Origin: Clostridia bacterium
Lineage (GTDB): Bacteria > Bacillota > Clostridia > Christensenellales > Aristaeellaceae
NCBI GenBank assembly: GCA_017473345.1
Contig: JAFULL010000042.1
Coordinates: forward strand, 1,159 to 65,158
Length of the DNA: 64,000 nucleotides
Direction: 5' to 3'
Both the position numbers and the translations under genes were made by a program. The notes under the pieces were generated by a model that was not told the origin of the DNA, did not search any database, and saw only the letters and a program-made list of their open reading frames with translations. Positions within the stretch are counted from its first letter, which is position 1. Each line of letters begins with the position of its first letter. This document shows, in pieces, positions 55,199-63,778 of the stretch.

Positions 55199-55921
55199 AT
55201 GCCGCAAGCAAATGGATATCCGCCCCTTTTGACGGACGTGCCGCAAGAGGTGCTTGAGCGGAATGTTGCCCGAATTCTGGATGTTCTTAATCAGAACCGT
55301 TATCAGGATGCGCAGCCCGCGAAGCTAATCGCCGTGACCAAAACGGTCGCGCCTGAGGTGATCAACCTGCTCAGACCGCTGGGAATTTTGGACATCGGCG
55401 AAAACCGTGCACAGGTGGCCCTGCCCAAATTGCCGCTGATCGCACCGGAATTTCGTTTACACTGGATTGGACGGTTGCAAACCAACAAAGTCAAAGGTAT
55501 AATAGATGATGTGTGTATGCTGCATGCGTTAGACCGCATGGAGCTTGCACAGGAAGTGGACCGCCGCGCGGGAGAACGCGGGCGTGTGTTGCCTGCGCTG
55601 GTGCAGGTAAACATTGCCGGCGAGGAGCAGAAGGGCGGGCTTGCGCCCGACGAGCTGCTGCCGTTTCTTCGGCAGATGAAAGACTTCCACCATCTGCATG
55701 TTGAAGGCCTGATGGCCATTATGCCGCTGCATGCGTCGGAGGATGAACTGACGCAGCTGTTCAGGGGCATGCGCAGCCTGTTTGAGCAGGTGCGTGAGGA
55801 AGCGATGGAGCACGTGGAAATGCGCGAGCTTTCCATGGGTATGTCCAACGACTATGCAATAGCAGCGCGTGAAGGCGCTACGATGGTGCGGATCGGTACC
55901 GCGCTGTATCGCCGGGATTGA
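55199..55921 (+). CDS. yggS: YggS family pyridoxal-phosphate homeostasis protein
   Basis: The PLP-lysine region LIAVTKT, with HWIGRLQTNK and LSMGMSNDY motifs. Confidence 0.9.
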   Translation: MPQANGYPPLLTDVPQEVLERNVARILDVLNQNRYQDAQPAKLIAVTKTVAPEVINLLRPLGILDIGENRAQVALPKLPLIAPEFRLHWIGRLQTNKVKGIIDDVCMLHALDRMELAQEVDRRAGERGRVLPALVQVNIAGEEQKGGLAPDELLPFLRQMKDFHHLHVEGLMAIMPLHASEDELTQLFRGMRSLFEQVREEAMEHVEMRELSMGMSNDYAIAAREGATMVRIGTALYRRD

Positions 55922-55948
55922 CCGATTTGCCATAGGGGGTAACTCAAA

Positions 55949-56875
55949 TTGGGTATTTTTCGTAAGTTCGGGGATTGGCTGACTGATAAGAGCAACCGCT
56001 TCATTCGCGGCGAAGCGGACGAGGCTATGGAAATGGGCTACGAAGAGGAAAAGGCGGAAGGCGAACAATCTGTCCGTCAGCCTCTTGATCCCTTTGGCCG
56101 CGGCGAAGGCGAGTACGGCGGACGCACACCCTACCGCAGCCGTGCAGACCTGGAGCGCGAAGCACAGCAGCAGGCCCAGCAGCAGCTGCAGCAGGCTCAG
56201 CAACAGGCACAGCAGGTTCAGCAGCAGATGCCTCAGAACGTACAGATGAATCAGCAGCAGCCTGTTCAGGCCCAGCAGCCGCAGTATCAGCAGGGCTATC
56301 AGCCCCAGTCCAATGTGGTCAACTTCCCGGGCATGCAGGCCAGCCCTGATGGATCCGTCTATGCCCACGTGGAATATGTGGTGCTTCTGCGCAGCCGCAA
56401 CGAGTGCAAGGACGTGATCGCCTACATCAAGTCCAATGCCTCTGTATTCCTCAACATGGAATTCATCGCACCTGACAGTGAACGTCAGCGCTGCGTGGAT
56501 ATGCTCAGCGGCGCTGCCTATACACTGGGCTGTGCGCTTAACAAAATTTCTCCGCGCGGCATCTACCTGATTTCCTCTCCCTCTGTGCGCGTTGTGCTGG
56601 ATCCTGCCATGCAGAAGTTCACCGCTGCGCCCGAGGCGCAGGGCTTTGCCCGTCAGCGTTATGAGGAAGGCCATCAGCAGGCCGGTTATGGCTATCAGCA
56701 GCCTGAAGCCGCCCAGCCTGCCGAACCCGTTGCCGCAGGCGCCTATACCACCCGCTTCCAGGCGCAGGGCGCTCAGCGCATGCCCTCCAGCTTTGGCAGC
56801 GTGATGGCCGGCAACGCGACCGGCATGTACCAGCCCGTGGCGGCCACCAGCCGTTTTGCTGCTGTACAGCAGTAA
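55949..56875 (+). CDS. sepF: Cell division protein SepF with long Q-rich linker and C-terminal extension
   Basis: TTG start. N-terminal amphipathic helix MGIFRKFGDWL. SepF core (..YVVLLRSRNECKDVIAYIKSNASVFLNMEF..RCVDMLSGAAYTLG..). Conserved position between yggS and yggT. Confidence 0.8.
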   Translation: MGIFRKFGDWLTDKSNRFIRGEADEAMEMGYEEEKAEGEQSVRQPLDPFGRGEGEYGGRTPYRSRADLEREAQQQAQQQLQQAQQQAQQVQQQMPQNVQMNQQQPVQAQQPQYQQGYQPQSNVVNFPGMQASPDGSVYAHVEYVVLLRSRNECKDVIAYIKSNASVFLNMEFIAPDSERQRCVDMLSGAAYTLGCALNKISPRGIYLISSPSVRVVLDPAMQKFTAAPEAQGFARQRYEEGHQQAGYGYQQPEAAQPAEPVAAGAYTTRFQAQGAQRMPSSFGSVMAGNATGMYQPVAATSRFAAVQQ

Positions 56876-56884
56876 GGAGTTAGC

Positions 56885-57160
56885 ATGATCAATTTGCTTC
56901 TTGGTCTTGTCAGCCTGGCTTTGCGTGTGGTAAGCATGGGCATGCTTGTCTATTGTGTGATGAGCTTCCTCATGCCGCAGCACGATATCTACCGCAAGCT
57001 GGCTTCCTACATTGAGCCGATTCTCTACCCTGTGCGCCGTCAGCTGTACAGCTGGTTCCCGTCGCTGCGCAACCTGCCGGTGGATCTGTCTCCGCTGGCT
57101 GTGTGGCTGCTGATTGACATCGCCAATGGGATTCTGAACGTGCTCAGGGGCATTTTCTGA
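56885..57160 (+). CDS. yggT: YggT family membrane protein
   Basis: 91 aa with two TM segments. Conserved position and motif (..EPILYPVRR..P....DLSPL). Confidence 0.85.
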   Translation: MINLLLGLVSLALRVVSMGMLVYCVMSFLMPQHDIYRKLASYIEPILYPVRRQLYSWFPSLRNLPVDLSPLAVWLLIDIANGILNVLRGIF

Positions 57161-57912
57161 TGCGCGGCGAGGAGGATGCCGTTCAGCTCCAGCACCGGTT
57201 GGATGAACTGGCAGCCAGAGCTTCCCGTACGGGAAGACCCTGCTATACAGGGTTTTTATCGCCTGCTGAAGCGGAGTGGGCCTTTGCTTCTTCGCGCAGG
57301 CAGCGCGTAAATGTGACATTCGAAGGCGGATATGAGGACGCCGAGCGCCGCATGGCCTGCTTTTGGGATGCTGAAGAGCCGTATGCTTTTCCCTTTCAGA
57401 CGCTGGAGGTAACGTGGCCGCATCAAAGCGCGCCCGGGCATCGCGATATGCTGGGCAGCCTGATGGGACTGGGGCTCAAACGTGCGCTGATCGGCGACAT
57501 CGTGATCCTGCAGGATCGTGGTTATGTGTTTGCGGATGAGCAGATGGCGGAGCATATCAGCCAGACGCTAACAAGCGCGGGGCGGATCCGTCTGCAGATC
57601 AAATTGCTTGACGAACCGCCTGCTTTGGAACCGCCCAAGGGGACGGAAATGCACGACACAGTCGCCAGTCTGCGGCTGGATGCGGTGGTCGCCAGCGGAT
57701 TTCATCTGTCGCGCACCGATGCGGCAGAGCTGATTGCTGCCGGGCATGTCAAGCTGAGGCATCTGCCTACAGAACGCCCGGACGCCCGCGTGCAGGAGGG
57801 AGACGCCGTTTCCGTGCGCGGCTATGGCAGACTGACGGTGGAACAGGTGGGCAATCCCACCAAAAAAGGGCGCTTGCCCGTAACATTGATGCGATACGGT
57901 GTGAACCGATAG
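57160..57912 (+). CDS. ylmH: YlmH-like RNA-binding protein (S4 domain)
   Basis: 250 aa with a C-terminal S4-like region (LRLDAVVASGFHLSRTDAAELIAAGHVKL). TGATG overlap with yggT. Position upstream of divIVA. Confidence 0.8.
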   Translation: MRGEEDAVQLQHRLDELAARASRTGRPCYTGFLSPAEAEWAFASSRRQRVNVTFEGGYEDAERRMACFWDAEEPYAFPFQTLEVTWPHQSAPGHRDMLGSLMGLGLKRALIGDIVILQDRGYVFADEQMAEHISQTLTSAGRIRLQIKLLDEPPALEPPKGTEMHDTVASLRLDAVVASGFHLSRTDAAELIAAGHVKLRHLPTERPDARVQEGDAVSVRGYGRLTVEQVGNPTKKGRLPVTLMRYGVNR

Positions 57913-57947
57913 GCATATAGAAATGGATACTTGAAAGGAGCATGACC

Positions 57948-58448
57948 ATGGCACTGACGATCGACGATATCTACGACAAAGAGTTTGCGCTTAAAGGCGG
58001 CGGATACGACCGGAACGACGTGGATCAGTTTTTGGATGAGATCTGCGATGAAATGACCAACATGCAGGACCACATTGAAAAACTTGAAAAGGCTCTTCAG
58101 CAGGCTCAGATGGAGACGGAAGCTGCCAAGGCTGCCGCTCAGAAGGCCGCGCCCGTGGTCGTGAAGAGCGAACCCGTGGTGTCCCGCACCAGCGAGACCC
58201 TCGAAGGCATTCTGCTCAGCGCCCAGCGTCTGGCGGATGAAGCCGTTGAGAATGCCAAAAACAAGGCTGAGACCATCGTGAAGGAAGCCAAGGAAAAAGC
58301 CGACCTGATCGTGGATGAAGCCCGTACTGAAAAGGAAAGCCTGTCCAGCGAGCTGGATACCCTGCGTGCCAGCGTGACCGAGTACAAGGATGGCTTCCTG
58401 AAGATGATCAACAAGTACAAGGCTCTGCTGGAGGCTGAAACGCTGTAA
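57948..58448 (+). CDS. divIVA: DivIVA domain protein
   Basis: N-terminus MALTIDDIYDKEFALKGGGYDRNDVDQFLDEI, then a coiled coil. Second ATG preferred (AAAGGAG 7 nt upstream). Confidence 0.9.
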   Translation: MALTIDDIYDKEFALKGGGYDRNDVDQFLDEICDEMTNMQDHIEKLEKALQQAQMETEAAKAAAQKAAPVVVKSEPVVSRTSETLEGILLSAQRLADEAVENAKNKAETIVKEAKEKADLIVDEARTEKESLSSELDTLRASVTEYKDGFLKMINKYKALLEAETL

Positions 58449-58460
58449 GCAGCCGCCATT

Positions 58461-58491
58461 AAAAAGAGCCGCCCGCCGGGCGGCTCTTTTT
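58461..58491. terminator. Bidirectional terminator
   Basis: aaaaagagccgccc / gggcggctcttttt with loop gcc. Confidence 0.85.
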
Positions 58492-58497
58492 GGAGCA

Positions 58498-59355
58498 TCA
58501 TTCAAATGTACAGCACAGAACGTGCATGTGGATGGTGATGGTTTCCAGCGCAAGCGAAGCAAGCACTTCTTCAGGAACGGAGAAGGTCATGGGCGTCATG
58601 CGCAGGAAGGCGTGCGACTGCTCATTGGTCAGCGGCGTGGTCGTGCGGATTTCATTTGCCGAAATGATTTTTGCGTGCTGCTTCAGGTGGTCCATCACCT
58701 GAGCATTGTCATAGCTGCCGCCGTTGCGAAGCCACGGCGCGACCGCCTGACGTACCTCGCACAGATAATCCGTGCCAGGGATCACTTTGATCAGCTTTCC
58801 GCCCGGCTTGAGAACACGAGCAAATTCTGCATAATCAGCAGGCGTAAGCACATCCAGCAGCACATCCACGCTGTGGTCGGCAACCGGCAGATGCTTTAAA
58901 TCGGCCACCAGCCAGTTGGCGCCGCTCTGGGCACGCGCAGCTGCTGTGATGGCATCGCGGCTGATGTCCAGCCCCAGAAACTGCGCTTGGGGAAAAGACT
59001 GCGATAACATACGCGCATACCAGCCTTCGCCGCAGCCGACATCCAGCACGGTGAGCGGTTCGCCAGACAAAAGAGCTGCGATCTGCCCGAGCACAGGCTG
59101 ATAAAAACCTCCCTCAAATGCGATGCGGCGGCTCTCAAAAAGGTCGGTTCCGTATTTCTCGGCTTCCTGATCGTGATTAGGCGCGAGGTTTACATAGCCG
59201 CGCTTGCTCAGATCATAGCAGTGGTTCTGTTCGCATACAAGGCTTTGATCCGTTAGCCTGAACGCAGAGGCACAGCGCGGGCAGCGCAGCATGGGCATCA
59301 GCGGAGAAAGCCGCTGGGCGAGTACAGCAGGTTTCATTGCACACATCCTACTCAT
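58498..59355 (-). CDS. SAM-dependent methyltransferase with N-terminal zinc ribbon (RlmA-type 23S rRNA guanine-N1 methyltransferase-like)
   Basis: CPRC..x16..C motif, YVNL, and SAM motif VLDVGCGEGWY. The start may be the 7th codon (MKPAVL). Confidence 0.7.
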   Translation of the reverse strand: MSRMCAMKPAVLAQRLSPLMPMLRCPRCASAFRLTDQSLVCEQNHCYDLSKRGYVNLAPNHDQEAEKYGTDLFESRRIAFEGGFYQPVLGQIAALLSGEPLTVLDVGCGEGWYARMLSQSFPQAQFLGLDISRDAITAAARAQSGANWLVADLKHLPVADHSVDVLLDVLTPADYAEFARVLKPGGKLIKVIPGTDYLCEVRQAVAPWLRNGGSYDNAQVMDHLKQHAKIISANEIRTTTPLTNEQSHAFLRMTPMTFSVPEEVLASLALETITIHMHVLCCTFE

Positions 59356-59430
59356 AATGGGATTAGCATTTCATTCGACAAACAAAAGGAATTTCCCTGC
59401 CTGGGTGCGGGAATGGAAGAGGGGAACCGT

Positions 59431-60792
59431 ATGATCCTTTGCAAGGACAAAAAGTTTTATCAGACCGCTGCAAGACTGGCGGGCTTTATTGCACTGCAGA
59501 ACGTGATCGTCTGCTTTGTGGGCCTTGTGGACAATATCATGATCGGCGCCTATTCGCAGGATGCGCTGTCTGGTGTGGCGCTGGCCAATCAGGTGCAGTT
59601 TCTGCTGCAGATGATCATGAACGGTGTAGGGGAGGGCATGGCGGTCATCGCTGCCCAGTACTGGGGCACACGCCGCACACAGCCCATTCGCCGGGTGCTT
59701 GCCATTGCGCTGGATGCAGCTGTTTTGCTTGGTCTGATCTTCCTGGCTGTTGCCCAGTTCTTTCCGGCACAGGTGCTGGGACTGCTTACCACTGACGCAG
59801 GTGCGATCGGCGAGGGCGTAACATACATGCGCATCGTCAGTTTCAGCTATGTATTCTTCGGGGCAGGCATGGTGCTCAACTCTGCCCAGCGCAGCATTGA
59901 AAATGTGCGCGTGGGCATGGTGGCGTCGCTGTTTGGCCTGGTGGTGAATATTGCGCTCAACTGGATGCTGATCTTTGGCCACTTGGGTCTGCCGCGTATG
60001 GGCGCAGCGGGCGCGGCGCTTGCAACGTTGATTGCACGCATTGTGGAATTTGGCGTGTCAGCCGTCTATACCTATCGCATTGACAAAAAGCTGGCGGTTG
60101 CGCTTCGTGACTTTGTCAAAATCAGCCGTGACATGCTGAAGGACTTTGTGCGCATTGCGGTTCCGGTCATGCTGTCAGGTGCCAACTGGGGTATTGCGCA
60201 GGGAATACAGACCAGCATTCTGGGCCATATGGGATCGTCGGCGATCGCAGCCAATTCCATTGCCAATTCACTGTTTCAGGTGGTATCGGTCCTGGCATTT
60301 GGTTTGGGCAATGCGTCCAGCGTGATGATTGGCAAGGCGGTCGGCAGCGATGATCTGGACAGGCTGAAAGGCTATGTCAATTCCCTGCAGCTGATGTTCC
60401 TTGGCGTGGGTGCGGCAACAGGACTGGTGCTATTTTCACTCAAAGACGTGGTGCTGGGCTTTTATGCCGTTACGCCTGAGGCGATGCAGCTGGCGCGCAG
60501 CTTCATGAATGTGCTGTCCATCACAGTGGTTGGCAGCGCCTATCAGGTGTCGTGTCTTACCGGCATTGTACGCGGCGGCGGCAATACCAAATTCGTATTT
60601 TACAACGATCTGGTGTTTCAGTGGATCATTGTGCTTCCGCTGAGCATGCTTGCGGCATTTGTGTGGAAGCTGAGCCCTGTGGCTGTGTTCTTCTGCCTGA
60701 AGTCAGACCAGCTGAGCAAGTGCATCGTCGCCGTATGGCAGGTCAACAGTTACCGCTGGGTCAAAAAAGTGACCCGTGACAGCGAGAAGTAA
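59431..60792 (+). CDS. MATE family efflux transporter
   Basis: Multi-pass. MATE-type repeats (..LQNVIVCFVGLVDNIMIGAYSQDALSGVALANQ..). Start at the Met with GAGGGG 7 nt upstream; the track start is 59413. Confidence 0.8.
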   Translation: MILCKDKKFYQTAARLAGFIALQNVIVCFVGLVDNIMIGAYSQDALSGVALANQVQFLLQMIMNGVGEGMAVIAAQYWGTRRTQPIRRVLAIALDAAVLLGLIFLAVAQFFPAQVLGLLTTDAGAIGEGVTYMRIVSFSYVFFGAGMVLNSAQRSIENVRVGMVASLFGLVVNIALNWMLIFGHLGLPRMGAAGAALATLIARIVEFGVSAVYTYRIDKKLAVALRDFVKISRDMLKDFVRIAVPVMLSGANWGIAQGIQTSILGHMGSSAIAANSIANSLFQVVSVLAFGLGNASSVMIGKAVGSDDLDRLKGYVNSLQLMFLGVGAATGLVLFSLKDVVLGFYAVTPEAMQLARSFMNVLSITVVGSAYQVSCLTGIVRGGGNTKFVFYNDLVFQWIIVLPLSMLAAFVWKLSPVAVFFCLKSDQLSKCIVAVWQVNSYRWVKKVTRDSEK

Positions 60793-60823
60793 TGCATTTT
60801 TCACGGGAAAACTTTTCAGTTGG

Positions 60824-60852
60824 CTTGACATTGGTAAACGGGTCGGCTATAA
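60824..60852 (+). promoter_or_regulatory. Consensus sigma-70/SigA promoter of rpmH
   Basis: Perfect TTGACA (60824-60829), 17-nt spacer, perfect TATAAT (60847-60852). Confidence 0.8.
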
Positions 60853-60938
60853 TAGAATAGTTGTTTTGTGGTATCCTGCGTGTTGTGCGAAAGGCCACGC
60901 GCAACGCCATACATTGAAACTGCAAGGAGTGTTCACAG

Positions 60939-61073
60939 ATGTTCCGTACCTATCAGCCCAAGAAGCGTCAGCGCAGCAAGGTGCACGGCTTCCGTGCCCG
61001 CATGTCCACCAAGAACGGCCGCCGCGTGCTGGCCGCCCGCCGCCGTCGTGGCCGCAAGGTGCTCAGCGCCTAA
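60939..61073 (+). CDS. rpmH: 50S ribosomal protein L34 (not in the ORF track, under 60 aa)
   Basis: Translates to [50 protein letters not shown] lies upstream. Confidence 0.95.
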   Translation: MFRTYQPKKRQRSKVHGFRARMSTKNGRRVLAARRRRGRKVLSA

Positions 61074-61105
61074 GCGTAAAGACGAATGCTCATAGCGTGA
61101 TCGGT

Positions 61106-61150
61106 AAAGCCCGCCCCATTTCTGTATCGGGTGAAGTGGGTACGGGCTTT
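61106..61150 (+). terminator. Long hairpin between rpmH and rnpA (attenuator or partial terminator)
   Basis: aaagcccgccccatttc / gaagtgggtacgggcttt (imperfect), ending in TTTT. Confidence 0.5.
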
Positions 61151-61200
61151 TCCGATACGCGCAAAAACCTCTCAGCTTCTGGAAAGGACGATGGCAGGCT

Positions 61201-61554
61201 TTGCAAAAGCAGAACCGATTGGGCCCCTCAAGGCAGTTCAACTACGTGTACCGCCGTGGCAAAAGGGCCAGCTGCAAGGAAATGAGCCTGCTGTATGTCA
61301 AAAACAGCCAAAAACGCGTCGGCTTTTCGGTCAGCAAGAAGGTCGGCGTGGCTGTCGTGCGCAACCGTACCAAGCGTCGACTGCGCGAATGTGTACGCCC
61401 GCTTCTGCCGCAGATGAAGGGCGGACTTTATGTTTTCGTGGCGCGTCCGGCTGCAGCGGAATGCAGCTATGATGAGCTTCTGGCGCAGGTGAAACGACTG
61501 CTGCGCAAAGTGGAGGCGCTCGAAAAGAACCCGGAGGAAAAACCACACGCATGA
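61201..61554 (+). CDS. rnpA: Ribonuclease P protein component
   Basis: RNR motif [12 protein letters not shown]. 117 aa. Position after rpmH. The TTG start from the track is uncertain. Confidence 0.85.
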   Translation: MQKQNRLGPSRQFNYVYRRGKRASCKEMSLLYVKNSQKRVGFSVSKKVGVAVVRNRTKRRLRECVRPLLPQMKGGLYVFVARPAAAECSYDELLAQVKRLLRKVEALEKNPEEKPHA

Positions 61555-61790
61555 AACGGATCTTTCTGTTGCTGATCCGCTTCTATCAGCGGCATATCAG
61601 CGTACATACCCCGCCGGCATGCCGTTTTCGACCCACCTGTTCTCAGTATGCATTCACGGCCATTGAGCGTTTTGGCGCTCTGAAGGGCGGATGGCTGGCT
61701 CTGAAGCGTATTTTGCGCTGCAATCCTTTTTGCAAGGGCGGCTACGACCCGGTGCCTGAAGATTTAGACACGACGTTAAGGAGAGAGTAA
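61551..61790 (+). CDS. yidD: Membrane protein insertion efficiency factor YidD
   Basis: Motif CRF.PTCSQYA.......G..KG..L...RI.RCNPF. ATGA overlap with rnpA. Confidence 0.9.
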   Translation: MKRIFLLLIRFYQRHISVHTPPACRFRPTCSQYAFTAIERFGALKGGWLALKRILRCNPFCKGGYDPVPEDLDTTLRRE

Positions 61791-61796
61791 TTCCCA

Positions 61797-62771
61797 ATGA
61801 GCGAACTGCTGGCCAAAATTTTGTATGGCATTAACTCCGTGATTCACAGCTACGGATGGTCCATGATCATCTTTACGCTGGTCGTCAAGCTGCTCATCAT
61901 GCCGCTGGATTACAAGAGCCGCAAGGGTATGCGCCGCATGAGCGCCATCCAGCCGGAAATGATGCGCCTGCAGAAGAAGTATGAAAACGACAAGGAAAAG
62001 CTCAACCGCAAGGTTGCAGAGCTCTACCGCCGCGAAGGCGTAAGCCCCACCAGCGGCTGCCTGCCGATGCTGATCTCCATGGTCATCCTGTGGGTGATGT
62101 GGGGCGCCATGCGTACCGTTGCCGATACCGAACTGATTAACCAGTGCGTCAGCCTGCTGGTCAACGGCAGTGCGGAATACGAAGGTTTCCTGTGGATCAA
62201 GAACATCTGGATGCCCGACAGTCCCTTCGCTCCCACCATCGCCAACCAGAGCAGTCTTGCCATGATTACCGCCGAAAAGTGGGCGACCGCTTTTGCTGCG
62301 CTGGGTGCTGAAGAAGTGGCCAAACTGGCTGCGTTGGGCATCGATGCCACCAACTTTGGCAGCGAGAGCGTGCTGGCAGCCCTGCAGACCCTGCCCGTTT
62401 ATGCCGAGCAGACTCAGCTGTGGTCCTTCATGCCCCGCCTGAACCTGATCCTCGCCAACCTCAGCATTTACGCCAGCAACAACGGCTGGTTCATTCTGCC
62501 TGTTCTGTCTGCTGTGACCCAGTTCCTCATGACGCAGTCCCAGCCCCAGCAACCCGCTGCCAATGGTCAGCAGAACAGCACCAACACCTTTATGAAGTAT
62601 TTCTTCCCGCTGTTCTCCCTTTGGATCTGCTCCAGCTATAACGCGCTGTTCTCCCTGTACTGGGTGGTCAGCAACATCTTTGCCTGGATCCAGAGCATCG
62701 TGATGAACAAGATGTTCGAAAAGATGGACAAGGCGGAGAAGGCAACCGCGAAGGAGGGTACCGTAAAATGA
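61797..62771 (+). CDS. yidC: YidC/Oxa1 family membrane protein insertase
   Basis: Pattern ..GWSMIIFTLVVKLLIMPL..KS...M..IQPEM..LQKKY.. and GCLPMLI. 324 aa. Confidence 0.9.
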   Translation: MSELLAKILYGINSVIHSYGWSMIIFTLVVKLLIMPLDYKSRKGMRRMSAIQPEMMRLQKKYENDKEKLNRKVAELYRREGVSPTSGCLPMLISMVILWVMWGAMRTVADTELINQCVSLLVNGSAEYEGFLWIKNIWMPDSPFAPTIANQSSLAMITAEKWATAFAALGAEEVAKLAALGIDATNFGSESVLAALQTLPVYAEQTQLWSFMPRLNLILANLSIYASNNGWFILPVLSAVTQFLMTQSQPQQPAANGQQNSTNTFMKYFFPLFSLWICSSYNALFSLYWVVSNIFAWIQSIVMNKMFEKMDKAEKATAKEGTVK

Positions 62772-63637
62772 GGTCCGTTGAATCCAGCGCCAAAACGATG
62801 GAAGAAGCCATCAGCCTGGGCTTGGAAGAACTGGGCGTGTCTCTGGCTGATGTCAAGATTGACATCATCGAGGAAGGCACCAAGGGCTTTCTGGGCATCC
62901 TGGGCAGCAAGCCTGCTGTTGTACGTCTGACTGTAAACGAAGAAGAAGCTTCTGATGATATGCTCAGCGCGCTTTCTATTGAAGAAAACGCCAAGGCTGA
63001 AAAGAAGCCCGCCCGCAAGCGCTCTGAGAAGCCCAATGCCGAGAAGAGCGAAAAGGCCGAAAAGCCTGCCAAGGCTGAAAAGCCCGCAAAAGCCGAAAAG
63101 CCTGCCAAGGTTGAAAAGCCTGTGGAAGAAAAGCAGATCGAGGAGCCCGAACAGAGCGAAATGGTGCTGCTGGATCCTGAAACGGCTGAAGGCAAGGCGC
63201 AGTCCTTCTTGCTGGACGTTACCCGTTTGATGGGCGTGAACGTCACCGTGAACGCCCGCCGCGATGAAGAAGGCAATGTGCGCGTCGATATGTACGGCGA
63301 TACGCTGGGCATCCTGATCGGTCGCCGCGGCGAAACGCTGGACGCTTTGCAGTATCTGACCAGCCTGCATGTCAACCGTGGTCAGGAAGGTTACACCCGC
63401 GTAACGCTCGATACCGAGAATTATCGTGCAAAGCGTGAAGAGGCGCTGCGCCGTCTGGCCAACCGCATGGCCAATCGCGCTGTCAAGACCGGCCGCAAGG
63501 TCGTCATGGAGCCCATGAATCCCTATGAGCGCCGCATCCTGCACAGCGCGCTGCAGCAGAACGACGCCGTGACCACTCACAGCGAAGGCGAAGAGCCCAA
63601 CCGCCATGTGGTCATCACTCTCAAGCAGCAGGGCTAA
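62768..63637 (+). CDS. khpB: Jag/KhpB RNA-binding protein (Jag_N, KH and R3H domains) with repetitive K/E/P/A linker
   Basis: Jag_N N-terminus (..KTMEEAISLGLEELGVS..), a KH region (GILIGRRGETLDALQYL) and R3H (MNPYERRILHSAL). ATGA overlap with yidC. Confidence 0.85.
   Translation: MRSVESSAKTMEEAISLGLEELGVSLADVKIDIIEEGTKGFLGILGSKPAVVRLTVNEEEASDDMLSALSIEENAKAEKKPARKRSEKPNAEKSEKAEKPAKAEKPAKAEKPAKVEKPVEEKQIEEPEQSEMVLLDPETAEGKAQSFLLDVTRLMGVNVTVNARRDEEGNVRVDMYGDTLGILIGRRGETLDALQYLTSLHVNRGQEGYTRVTLDTENYRAKREEALRRLANRMANRAVKTGRKVVMEPMNPYERRILHSALQQNDAVTTHSEGEEPNRHVVITLKQQG
63038..63127 (+). repeat. Five tandem 18-nt coding repeats (AEKPAK-type) in the khpB linker
   Basis: Units are gccgagaagagcgaaaag, gccgaaaagcctgccaag, gctgaaaagcccgcaaaa, gccgaaaagcctgccaag and gttgaaaagcctgtggaa. 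Confidence 0.8.
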
Positions 63638-63649
63638 AAAAGTGTTTTT

Positions 63650-63686
63650 ATCGACTGTGAAGCACATGCTTCGCAGTCGATTTTTT
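63650..63686 (+). terminator. Rho-independent terminator of the rpmH-jag operon
   Basis: atcgactgtgaagc / gcttcgcagtcgat with loop acat, followed by TTTTTT. Confidence 0.85.
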
Positions 63687-63687
63687 C

Positions 63688-63716
63688 TTGTCGCTGTGAA
63701 ATGTGTGTGGTATAAT
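63688..63716 (+). promoter_or_regulatory. Promoter of rex (extended -10)
   Basis: TTGTCG, 17 nt, TATAAT, with TGg immediately upstream of the -10. Confidence 0.55.
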
Positions 63717-63778
63717 ACATATTGCACAAAAATGGATATTCCGGCCGACAGGCATTACGGAAATAGGGGGAAAAGAAA

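Noticed and set aside
60793-60938. DnaA-box cluster or oriC next to rpmH.
   Set aside because: No TTATCCACA or TGTGGATAA matches better than 5-6 of 9 were found, there is no AT-rich unwinding element, and no dnaA gene is in the window.
63038-63127. CRISPR-like or minisatellite array.
   Set aside because: The repeats are 18 nt, contiguous with no spacers, in frame, and inside khpB. No CRISPR array or cas gene is seen anywhere in the window.
63694-63712. Rex operator (TTGTGAA-N4-TTCACAA) in the rex promoter, suggested by ctgtgaaatgtgtgtgg.
   Set aside because: Only one half-site (TGTGAA) is present. The second half does not match.
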